From: Pedobacter sp.
GTDB lineage: Bacteria; Desulfobacterota; Desulfuromonadia; Desulfuromonadales; Syntrophotaleaceae
Length of the DNA: 64,000 bases
NCBI GenBank assembly: GCA_050253415.1
Contig: JBFWJC010000002.1
Span: forward strand, 640,725 to 704,724
Reading direction: 5' to 3'
The notes under the pieces were generated by a model. It searched no databases. It saw only the letters and a list, made by a program, of their open reading frames with translations, and was not told the DNA's origin. Positions 9,047 through 18,500 of this stretch are shown here, piece by piece. Within the stretch, counting starts at the first letter, position 1, and the number at the start of each line of letters is the position of its first letter. Made by a program: the position numbers and the translations under genes.

Positions 9047-10312
9047 TTAACGTTTGAGATTGATCAGTTCCTGCAGCATTTCATCGACGCTTGTGATGAC
9101 TTTGGAGGCTGCCGAATAACCGTTTTGAATGGTAATCATGTCGACGAATTCCTGGGACAGATCGACGGTCGACAGCTCCAGCGCGTTGGTGAAGATGCTG
9201 CCCATGGATGATCCGGCGGTGCCGACCTGAGGCTGGCCCGAATTGCTGCTGACGGAGTAAAGACTATTGCCTTCCTTGACCAGCCCGCCGGGGTTGGAAA
9301 AGGAGGCCAGCGACAGCACTGCAACATCCTTGGTTTCGCCATTGGAATAGGTGACGCTGACTACCCCGTCGTTGTCGATATTCACATCAACCACATCGCC
9401 GGAGGCATAGCCATCCTGTGTTTGAGACAAGATGACCGAATCACTGCTGTACTGGGTGGTATTAAATTCGAAAGCAATTTGCTGACTGGCATTTGAGCCG
9501 TTGGTCCAGTCCAGGATGCCTGCAGTGCTGGAGCCCGTACCACCAGTGAGAAGATTGCCCGAATCGTCGAATTCCAGAATGCCGCTTGCGATAATGTTGA
9601 TTTCACCGGCTGTGCCGCCATCGAGTTCCGAACCATCTACCACGGTATTCCATGCCCATTGCTGGTCGTCGGTTTTGGTGAAATAGGTCGTCACCATGTG
9701 GGTGGCGCCCAAAGCATCGTAGATCGTGCTTGAGGTCGAGTAGTTGGATGTCGCGTCAGGGTCGGTGCTGTCAAAAGGTCCGCAGGCCTCTTCACTGGCA
9801 TCCAGGTTGGTCGACATGCTGATGCTTTCCGTGCCATGAGCGGCGATCTGTGTGCCGAGGTCGACCAGTATGTCGGTGGGATCGCCATTCAGGGGCTCGC
9901 CTTCGGCACTGTACCCTTGCCCTTGTACACGGTAGCCTTCGGCATTGACCAGGTAGCCGTCCGAATCGAAACTGAAGGAGCCGTTGCGGGTGTAATAGCA
10001 TTCCGACGAATCGGCAGGGCTGACCATGAAAAATCCATCCCCCTCGATGGCCAGGTCCGTGGCGCTGGAGGTGGTTTGGAACGAGCCCTGACTGAAATTG
10101 GTGCGCACGGTAGAAACGCTGGTGCCGCGACCGACCTGACCGGTGCCGCTGGCGGTGGCGACGCTTGCAGACAGCACATCCGAAAAAATGGTGCTGCTGC
10201 TTTTAAAGCCGACGGTATTGCTGTTGGAGATATTGTTGCCCGTAACGCTCATGGCCGTGGAGTTGGCCTGCAGGCCACTGACGCCGCTGTAAAGGGTACT
10301 TGACAGTCCCAT
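9047..10312 (-). CDS. flgE: Flagellar hook protein
   Basis: GNNISNSNTVGFKSS, TDLAIEGDGFF, YTRNGSF, LELSTVDLSQEFVDMI..Q..Y.A..KVI. Confidence 0.93.
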   Translation of the reverse strand: MGLSSTLYSGVSGLQANSTAMSVTGNNISNSNTVGFKSSSTIFSDVLSASVATASGTGQVGRGTSVSTVRTNFSQGSFQTTSSATDLAIEGDGFFMVSPADSSECYYTRNGSFSFDSDGYLVNAEGYRVQGQGYSAEGEPLNGDPTDILVDLGTQIAAHGTESISMSTNLDASEEACGPFDSTDPDATSNYSTSSTIYDALGATHMVTTYFTKTDDQQWAWNTVVDGSELDGGTAGEINIIASGILEFDDSGNLLTGGTGSSTAGILDWTNGSNASQQIAFEFNTTQYSSDSVILSQTQDGYASGDVVDVNIDNDGVVSVTYSNGETKDVAVLSLASFSNPGGLVKEGNSLYSVSSNSGQPQVGTAGSSMGSIFTNALELSTVDLSQEFVDMITIQNGYSAASKVITSVDEMLQELINLKR

Positions 10313-10350
10313 GGTGATCCTCCCGGAGCGTTGTGCTCCTGTTTGTAGGG

Positions 10351-10668
10351 TCAGGCGAGCATCGCGCTGTCGATGTTGGTGAAAATACTTTCCTGCATGG
10401 CCTGCCGGTCGACGATGGTGATGACCAGGCTATTTTTGAGGCTGACCACCAGCGCGGTATGGTCGAGCAGTATCAGCGAATGGCGTCCGCCTTTGGCACG
10501 CAGGGATAGGACCGCCTCGCCCAGGCGGGTCCATTGGCCGGCGGTGAGTTCTATGCCGCGGCTGGCCATCCGGCTTAACGCATGTCGGGAAAAACGCAGC
10601 GCATTGGCGGCAGGGTTGGTCGGTGCCGCTGCGATGATGGGAGCGTGTCCGGAAGATGCTTGTTGCAT
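10351..10668 (-). CDS. Flagellar operon protein (small conserved protein usually between flgD and flgE)
   Basis: LRFSRHA..RM..RGI, KGGRHSL, IFTNIDSA motifs and position. Confidence 0.8.
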   Translation of the reverse strand: MQQASSGHAPIIAAAPTNPAANALRFSRHALSRMASRGIELTAGQWTRLGEAVLSLRAKGGRHSLILLDHTALVVSLKNSLVITIVDRQAMQESIFTNIDSAMLA

Positions 10669-10685
10669 GGTGTGCCTCCTTATGT

Positions 10686-11345
10686 TCAGCTCTGGGAAAC
10701 GCTGGTAAGATCCGACAGACTGAATTCCCCGGCCCCGGTGACCAGCACGCTGCCAGTCGAATCCAGCGATACCTGTTTGACCACGGTCCTGACCAGTGGC
10801 GTTGCGTCGATCTCCGCCGCACTGTCGGCGGCATTGATGGCGAAAGAATACTCGCCGCTGGCGAGTTGCGCTCCTGTATCGGTGGTTCCGTCCCAGGTGA
10901 CGAAGTTGGTTCCCGCCGCGGCCTGAGCTACATTGAGGGCGGCAACCACCGTGTTGCTGGCATCGAGAATGGAGATTTCCACGTCGCTAGCCGCTTCATC
11001 CAGGCTGAAACCCAGATCCACGGAACTCCCCGTATAGGAAAAGCTGTCGCTGCTCGCCACCACTTCGGTTCCCAGTAACTGGAAGGCGGCGTAGCGTTCG
11101 GTGTTGCCTGCGGATTCAATAAGCGTGTCCAGATTTTCGTTGGTCTGGATCTGCTGCTCCAGTGAACTAAACTGGGCCATTTGCGAGATGAATTCACCCG
11201 AATCCTGCGGATCAAGGGGGTCCTGGTTCTCCAGCTGCGCCACCAGAATGGTCAAAAAATCTTCCTTACCCAAAGTCAGGTTGCTGGTAGATGAGCTGGT
11301 GTAGGCGGTTGTATCGGTCGCGGTGCTGACGCTGGTTACGGACAT
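10686..11345 (-). CDS. flgD: Flagellar hook capping protein
   Basis: LGKEDFLTILVAQLENQDPLDP, QMAQFSSLEQ, WDG Ig-like domain; AGGAG RBS. Confidence 0.93.
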   Translation of the reverse strand: MSVTSVSTATDTTAYTSSSTSNLTLGKEDFLTILVAQLENQDPLDPQDSGEFISQMAQFSSLEQQIQTNENLDTLIESAGNTERYAAFQLLGTEVVASSDSFSYTGSSVDLGFSLDEAASDVEISILDASNTVVAALNVAQAAAGTNFVTWDGTTDTGAQLASGEYSFAINAADSAAEIDATPLVRTVVKQVSLDSTGSVLVTGAGEFSLSDLTSVSQS

Positions 11346-11394
11346 GGGTGGCTCCTGCCTGGTTATGCTGCGATCCACGGGGATGCAGTTGTTT

Positions 11395-12693
11395 CTACGA
11401 AGAGAAAAATGCGGTCAGATAATCGGATGACGAGTTCAAGTCGGACATCAGCAGCTCAAGGGCGTTGTATTGGGCCGTGAGGGTTTCCTCGCGTTTTGCC
11501 AGGCGTGTTTCCATGCGCTCGATCGACTCTTCGATACGCGATATCTTGGCATCCAGGCTGTCTTCACGCGTGGCATAAAAGCCGGTTCTGGAGTCGGTCT
11601 GCTCGTCCAGATACTCGAACATTTTGGTGAAGATGCCGATACTGTTGTCGTCACCGGCGAACAGGGCCATCACGCTGTCGAAGTTGTCTTCCAGGGCCTC
11701 GCTTAAAGTCGTGCTGTCGATGGACAGTTCGCCGGTCTGAAAATCGGTCTCAAAACCGAGGCTGGACAGGGCGTTGAAAACACTGTCGCCCTCAAACTGG
11801 GTGTTAAGGAATCCACGCATGCTGCGGGCGATGCTGTTCAGGTCGCTGCTGGTCGAGCCGCCGCTTTCGGCCGCCTCGTCGATGAAGCTGATCATCTTGT
11901 TGTAGGCACTGATAAAGGAATTGATCTTGGACGTGATGGCATCGGTGTCGGTAGCCACGGTGACGTAAGTGGTCGAATCGTCGGAACTGCTGCTGAGCAG
12001 GTCGAGGGTCACTCCATAGATGCCATCGGAGATGGTGTTGTTTTCACTGTAAATATCGATGCCGTCGATCTGCACATGCGCCAGGGCGGCGGTGCGCGTG
12101 TGGCCGTTGGTGGCGGTATCGATGGTGATGCTGCCGGTAGCCAGGATGTCGGCGCTGGCGGCAGCTGTATCGCCGGTCAACACCAGCCGCCAACCGTCGT
12201 CCGTACCGTCGTTGATCATGCCGGCGGTGTATCCTGTGTCGGCCTCGTTGATCATGTCGATCAGCCCCGACAACGAGACATTTTCATAGCTTAACTCGGT
12301 GCCGTCGATGGTGATGGTGCCGGACAGACTTTCGTCGCTGACGTCCGAAAACCCTTCGCTGCTGACGTCTTTTTGTGTCTGGGCCAGGTTGATGATCTCG
12401 ACTTCGTACGAGCCGGCCACCGCATCGCTTGAGGTGGTAACCGAGACGACATCTTCGCCGGCAACGGTCCCTGCATATGATCGGAGTTCCGTCAAGGTGT
12501 CGATCTCATCAACGGCATCCATAAGCGAGCTTAAAATGTCATTGAAAGAGCTGTACGTATCCAGCTGGCTTTCAAAATATTCTTTATCGCTTTCCAGGTT
12601 GTCTAATGGCTCACTTTCCACGGACATGATAGCACTGATGATTTCATCAGTATCAAGTCCTGACGCCAATCCTCCAAATGTGATTGTCGACAT
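11395..12693 (-). CDS. fliD: Flagellar filament capping protein
   Basis: FGGLASGLDT..II, N.ISD.I.GVTL.L, F..AYN, C-terminal coiled coil with QYNALE. Confidence 0.92.
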   Translation of the reverse strand: MSTITFGGLASGLDTDEIISAIMSVESEPLDNLESDKEYFESQLDTYSSFNDILSSLMDAVDEIDTLTELRSYAGTVAGEDVVSVTTSSDAVAGSYEVEIINLAQTQKDVSSEGFSDVSDESLSGTITIDGTELSYENVSLSGLIDMINEADTGYTAGMINDGTDDGWRLVLTGDTAAASADILATGSITIDTATNGHTRTAALAHVQIDGIDIYSENNTISDGIYGVTLDLLSSSSDDSTTYVTVATDTDAITSKINSFISAYNKMISFIDEAAESGGSTSSDLNSIARSMRGFLNTQFEGDSVFNALSSLGFETDFQTGELSIDSTTLSEALEDNFDSVMALFAGDDNSIGIFTKMFEYLDEQTDSRTGFYATREDSLDAKISRIEESIERMETRLAKREETLTAQYNALELLMSDLNSSSDYLTAFFSS

Positions 12694-12763
12694 TGTTTTC
12701 TCCTGGAGTTAAAAGTTTAATCTATGGATTTTATGCAAAGTATTTTTTCTTTCTATATTGACC

Positions 12764-12791
12764 TTATCGAAATATTGAATTAAAAGTTTTA
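12764..12791 (-). promoter_or_regulatory. Candidate sigma28 (FliA) promoter
   Basis: Minus strand reads TAAA-N16-TTCGATAA about 70 nt upstream of fliD; resembles TAAA-N15/16-GCCGATAA. The region is AT-rich, so chance matches are possible. Confidence 0.5.
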
Positions 12792-13115
12792 TTGTATAAT
12801 TGAAACAATAAGTATCCATACTGTATCAAATGATTATTATTGGATTGACTATGAAACTTTTTAGTTACCCAAAACACTTGATTGTGCTGGCTATATTTAT
12901 ATTTTGTAACAGTATATTTCATGAAGAAAATTAAAATCAGGCATTATTTCAATGGTTTGTTCTGTCTTTTGTTTTTTAGAAAGTTAGAATCGGTCGGATA
13001 AAGTCTGTATGAATGAATGCGGTAGTTATGTAACGAACGGGCGGGGTGGGGCGCATGCTTGACAAACGCCGGCTATCGGCGTAAATCACTAAAAATCATT
13101 AACAAAGGAGAACGC

Positions 13116-14459
13116 GTGTCGGATTATTATTGTTTACCCTTTTCAAGCCATCCGCAGCGTGAACAGCTTTATGACGAGTTGCATGCCAGGCCGTTTCATC
13201 CCATCATTACGCCTCAGCAAATCTCCCATCTTGCTTTTACCGCTACGCCCCAGGATTTGGACAAAGCCTTTGTTCTGATTTGCGAACTCTGTCGTCGGTA
13301 CGGCGTTGCCCCGCCCGGTCATGGCAGTGTCTCGTTTTTACATGATTTCGGCGCGTTTTTTGTGCGGTGGGAACGCCACCTGGAGTTTTACACTCTGACG
13401 GTGATGCGCCCGGCCCCATGCCATGAGCGACCTTTTGAAAGCCGGGTTCTGGATGTTATGCCGGAAGACTGGCTTGCGGTGTTGCCGGGGCAGGCGGTAG
13501 CGGCCTTGCACCTGGCCGTTGGTGGCGAGGACCTGGACGTGACCCAGGAGGAGCTGACACGCATGTTTGATGGAGAGCGATTGGTGGTCAGTCGCCCCAA
13601 AGAAGGCAGAACCCTGCTGTGTACGGCTTTCAAGCTGCACGGTGACGGTTTCGGCCGGATACTTATTCAAAACAACGGTATTTCCGAATATCAGATGGGG
13701 CGCCTGGTGCAGCGGGTCTATGAAATCGAGACCTACCGCCTGCTCGCCCAACTGCCCATCCCTACCGCCAAGCGTCTGGCTCCCGAGTTGCACGAGATGG
13801 ATAGGCATCTGGCCGACATGTTGGCGCGCTTGCCGGGTTTAGACGGCAGCGATGCCGAGCGCGAACTGTTGGAGCGTTTATCGCTGCTGTCGACGCGGCT
13901 GGAAACCTGGCGAGCCGAGACCAACTATCGTTTTTCGGCCACCCGGGCCTATCAGGATCTGGTCATGTCCCGTCTTACCAATATCCGTGAAGTTGAAGTC
14001 GAAGGCCACATGACCGTGGCGGAATTCATCGCACGGCGATTTAATCCCGGATTGCGTACCATCGAATGGGCACAGACCTGGATGGAGGATCTTTCCCGGC
14101 GCATCGAACGGGCCGGAGATATGCTGCGCACACGGGTCAATCTTGCTATGCAGGAACAGAACAAGTGTCTGCTGGCCGCCATGAACCGGCGCAGCTACCT
14201 GCAACTGCGCATGCAGGAAACTGTGGAAGGTTTGTCGGTGGCCGCCATCAGTTATTATCTGGTGGGGTTGATCGGTTACGTGCTCGGGGTGTTGCCGCTG
14301 GAAAGTCTGCATCTGGATAAAAAGACCGCCATGGCATTGGTGGTGCCGGTAGTGCTGGTGTCGGTGTGGTGGACGGTCCGCCGGATCAAACACCGACTGA
14401 TCGGCGCACCTGACGGGGCACAGGAAGTCTGTGTTGAATCGGAAACCGGGAAGACTTAA
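13116..14459 (+). CDS. DUF3422-family membrane-anchored protein
   Basis: HP.R..L..ELHARPF, WERHLEF, GRLVQR..EIETYR, QETVEGLSVAAISYY, two C-terminal TM helices; AAGGAG RBS and GTG. Confidence 0.85.
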   Translation: MSDYYCLPFSSHPQREQLYDELHARPFHPIITPQQISHLAFTATPQDLDKAFVLICELCRRYGVAPPGHGSVSFLHDFGAFFVRWERHLEFYTLTVMRPAPCHERPFESRVLDVMPEDWLAVLPGQAVAALHLAVGGEDLDVTQEELTRMFDGERLVVSRPKEGRTLLCTAFKLHGDGFGRILIQNNGISEYQMGRLVQRVYEIETYRLLAQLPIPTAKRLAPELHEMDRHLADMLARLPGLDGSDAERELLERLSLLSTRLETWRAETNYRFSATRAYQDLVMSRLTNIREVEVEGHMTVAEFIARRFNPGLRTIEWAQTWMEDLSRRIERAGDMLRTRVNLAMQEQNKCLLAAMNRRSYLQLRMQETVEGLSVAAISYYLVGLIGYVLGVLPLESLHLDKKTAMALVVPVVLVSVWWTVRRIKHRLIGAPDGAQEVCVESETGKT

Positions 14460-14526
14460 ACATACCTTGGTGGGGATTTCCCCGGTAGCTTTTTGGGATG
14501 CAGGTCGTCTCAACCATGCTGTTGAT

Positions 14527-15573
14527 TCATAGCTGCGGCATGGTTTGCCATGACTGCTGAGTAGCAAAAAGTTGCTCGTCATCCTGCAGGCGTTTTTCTA
14601 TCTCTACAAAGGCGTCGATGTTTTCCATGAAAAGGTCGATCAGCGTCGGATCGAACTGGATACCGCGTCTTTCAAGCATATAGTTTTGCACCTCTTCAAT
14701 GCTCCAGGCTTTTTTGTAGGATCTTTTCTGTAACAGGGCATCGAAAACATCGGCGATGATGGCGATTCTGCCTCGGATATCGATCTCTTCGGCCCGCAAC
14801 CCCCGTGGATAACCGCTGCCGTCCCAGTGCTCATGATGTTCAAGGGCGATGACGGCTGCCGAACGAAGCAGTTTGCGGGTGGAGTGCTGCAGGATTTTGA
14901 AGCCGGCCAAACTGTGTTGTTTGACGATAGCGAACTCCTCAGGGGTCAAGCGACCGGGTTTTTGTAAAATGGCGTCCGGGATGGCAACCTTGCCAATGTC
15001 ATGCATGGCTGAGGACCAGCGGATCTCTGTGCAGGTCTGTTGGTCGAGGCCGCTAATTTGGGCGAGCAGGCTGCAGATTTCGGCGACTCGGTGGATATGC
15101 TTGCCCATTTCAATGCATTTAAATTCACAGGCGTTGCCCATCATCAGAATGATCTCTTTTTGTGTCTCTTCGATTTCCAGATCGTGGTAACGCTTTAACT
15201 GCAGATGGGTTTTTACTCTGGAGTTCAATTCGTAGGAATTGAACGGTTTGGTGATATAGTCCACCCCGCCCGTTTCGAAGCCTTGTACCAGGCTGTCTGC
15301 ATCGGTTTTGGCTGTCAGGAAGATGATCGGGATATCCCGGGTTTGAGGGTCGTTTTTTAAGCGATTACACACCTCGAAACCGTCCATTGGCTGCATGATG
15401 ATGTCCAGCAGGATCAGGTCGAAGTCATGTTCTTTTACCCGTTCGAGAGCTTGTTTTCCGCTTGTGGCAAAGATCATGTGATAGTTTTTGTGTTCCTTGA
15501 GAATGTTGATCCCGACCTGGATGCTTTTCAGGTCGTCGTCCACAACCAGTATCGTGTGTGCCGGTTCAGACAT
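14527..15573 (-). CDS. Response regulator with HD-GYP cyclic-dinucleotide phosphodiesterase domain
   Basis: Receiver domain (VVDDD, LLDIIM, KPF) plus HDIGK and HHEHWDGSGYP. Confidence 0.93.
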   Translation of the reverse strand: MSEPAHTILVVDDDLKSIQVGINILKEHKNYHMIFATSGKQALERVKEHDFDLILLDIIMQPMDGFEVCNRLKNDPQTRDIPIIFLTAKTDADSLVQGFETGGVDYITKPFNSYELNSRVKTHLQLKRYHDLEIEETQKEIILMMGNACEFKCIEMGKHIHRVAEICSLLAQISGLDQQTCTEIRWSSAMHDIGKVAIPDAILQKPGRLTPEEFAIVKQHSLAGFKILQHSTRKLLRSAAVIALEHHEHWDGSGYPRGLRAEEIDIRGRIAIIADVFDALLQKRSYKKAWSIEEVQNYMLERRGIQFDPTLIDLFMENIDAFVEIEKRLQDDEQLFATQQSWQTMPQL

Positions 15574-18500
15574 TTGTTTGCGCCTCCGTTTGCTTGATTC
15601 TTTGGATAAGGTCAGGGTATTGAAACATCAGCTCATATATTTCGCCGATATCGAAATTTTCGACGCATGTGGATAATTTGTCGGTGTACTGCTTCAAAAA
15701 GGTGCTGTTATGGGCATCAGCAAGTTGTGTCAGTTCATGGCAGAACCCTTGGATGAGCTGGATGTCCCCTTTGTCTCGAACTGCCTGCCACAGCCTGAAC
15801 AGGTCATTTTCCATCCTGGCGGCAATGGCAGCGCGGACTTCCTCGGTTTCAGTCAGTGACATCGATTTAAGATCGTTATCGTCGGGCGCTTTCTGGGTGC
15901 ATGGCAGGAACTCGGACAACGTCCTCAATAACTGTTTTTTCTCTACCGGTTTTTGGATGTAGCCGTTAAACCCGAAATTCTCGATTTTGCTAAGGTCGTC
16001 TACCAGTACCGAGGCGGTCAGAGCTACGATCGGAAGATGCCGGAACGCTTCGTCTTGGCGGATTTCCCTGGTTGCCTCGTAACCGTTCATGACCGGCATG
16101 CGCAGATCCATCAAGAGTAGATCGACCGGTGTTGTTTGCAACTGTGCGATGGCATCCCGTCCGTGTGCCGCTTCTATGACCGTTACGGCGGTGCTGGAAA
16201 AGGCCGCTTTAACCAGGGTTCGGTTGTCGGGGATGTCATCCACCACCATAACCGTTGCAGGTTCGAAAATGATGTCTGTTTCCGGCGTAGCATCCTGGTT
16301 ATGGGTGGCAACGGAACTGACGGCAATATCGTGCAGCGTGACGGAAAATACCGACCCCTCGCCAACCTTGCTGGTGACCGTGATTTCGCCGTTCATCATA
16401 TCGACCAGCTTTTTGCAGATGGCAAGACCCAGGCCGGTGCCGCCGTACTTACGGACATCCTGGCCTTCCTGTTGTTCGAATACCTGGAATATTCTGTCCA
16501 GATTCTTCTGGGGGATGCCCATGCCGGTATCGGCGATCTGCAAGACCAGATCGAGCTTACTTTGTTCGGCGTCCTTATACACTTTTTTTACACCAAGGGT
16601 GATGCTTCCTTTTTCGGTGAATTTGATAGCGTTGCCGATCAGATTGAACAGAATCTGCCGTAGGCGGATGCCATCGAGGATAAGGTAATCGGGTATTTTT
16701 GAGTCGATCTCTATAATGAAGCGCAGGTTTTTCTGCCGGATTTTAGCTTGAAAGAGTTGTTCCATTTCACCGAATAAAAGATGCGGGTTGATGCTTTCGT
16801 ATTCCAGCTTGAGCTGGCCGGCTTCAATTTTGGAAAGGTCGAGGATGTCATTGATAATGCCGAGCAAGGCCTTGCCACCGACCTTGATGGAACGCAGATA
16901 GCTTTTTTGCAGCGGGTCTTCGATCAGGTCGTCCAGCAGGTCGGTAAAGCCGATCACCGAGTTCATAGGGGTACGGATTTCATGGCTCATGTTGGCCAGA
17001 AATTCACTTTTGGCCCGGGTTGCCTGCTCGGCCGCATTTTTGGCCAGCAGCAGTTCCTGTTCGGCGGCCTTACGCCGGGAAATGTCTTCGCAAACCCAGA
17101 TAAAGCCAGTGGCAGTTGCATCGTCGTTTAAGACCGGTGTGACGACCATGCTTATCCAGAACAACTTGCGGCATTTTTTTTCAAACTGAAGCTCTGCCTG
17201 CCAGGTTTTTCCACGCAGGATATCCTGCCACATATTGGTGTATAGATTTTCATCGTTGGCACTACAGGCAAACATGTTGATGTTTCGACCGATAATCTCA
17301 TCCTGAGCAAAGCCCGTAATCTCATAAAACGCATTATTGGCATATTCGATCCGTCCCTTGTCGTCGGTCATGACCACTGAGACGGGAGTGAATTCCAGGG
17401 ATAGGTGCAGTCTTTTAAGCTCTTTTTCAATCCGGATTCTTTTCCTGATTTCCTGGGAGAGGCGTCGATTCCAGTAGAGGGTCCCAACGATAATCAACAG
17501 CAGAACGCCGGCGATTTGCCACAGCAGCGTGTAGTCCACGGTCGCTTCGTACTCAAATTTTACCCAACGCCGATAAATCTCTCTGCGTTCGGTCAGATCG
17601 ATGCTTGCCAGGGCCTTGTTGATGATCGATCTCAGCACCGGTTGGTTTTTCCTGAAACCGAAATGCAGAGGAAAGGAGTAGGGGGTGCCTCCGGATACCT
17701 TCAGGTTGCTTAACCCAAGCTTTTCGCTGACAAAATCCAAGGTCGGAAGATCTACGATAAAAGCGTCGAGTTTCCCCATTGATAGCGCCTTTAAACCGGA
17801 TTCCGCATTGGCAAAGGCGCGTAGCCTGATGTCAGGGACATCGCGTTGCAACAATGTCTCAGTGATGTCTCCTTGGACAACACCGACTGTTTTTTCCGAA
17901 AGTTCGGTAACGCGGCTTATAACGGGGCTTTTATCCGACCCTACAATGACATTGTCGATACGGATGTGCTGCTGGGAAAAGTCCATGAAATTCCGGCGTT
18001 CAAAGGAATATCCAGTGGCATCGAGCATATCGATCTTTTGTTGTGTGAGCGCCTCTATGGCATCGACATAGGAACTCAGATGTTGGGCTGAAAAACGTAA
18101 TCCAGTGCGTTCGTGGATCAAACGCAGATAATCCGAAATGATGCCGGCATATTCTTCATCTTTTGTGAAAAACGACACCGGTTCCCTATTCGGGTCTCCA
18201 GCAATGGTTATTTCCGGATGGGCTTTGATCCATGCTTTTTCAGTTTCGGTCAGCAATACCTGTTTGTGCTTGCTGTCTGGACTGTTGCCCAGCCATTTAC
18301 GGTCGATCGCATCTTTTTCTTCTTGTGTTATGGCTTTGAGTGCTTTTTGCAGCATGGCGAGAAGCACCCTGTTGTCTGCGTTTGTCGCCATGCGCAATCC
18401 CGTGGCGACCAGCTTTACCGGAAAGGCTGCTTTGATCCCAGCCAGCCCCGACTGGTTGGAAACGTGACCCACGGCGCCAAAAGTGTCGATATAAAAATCG

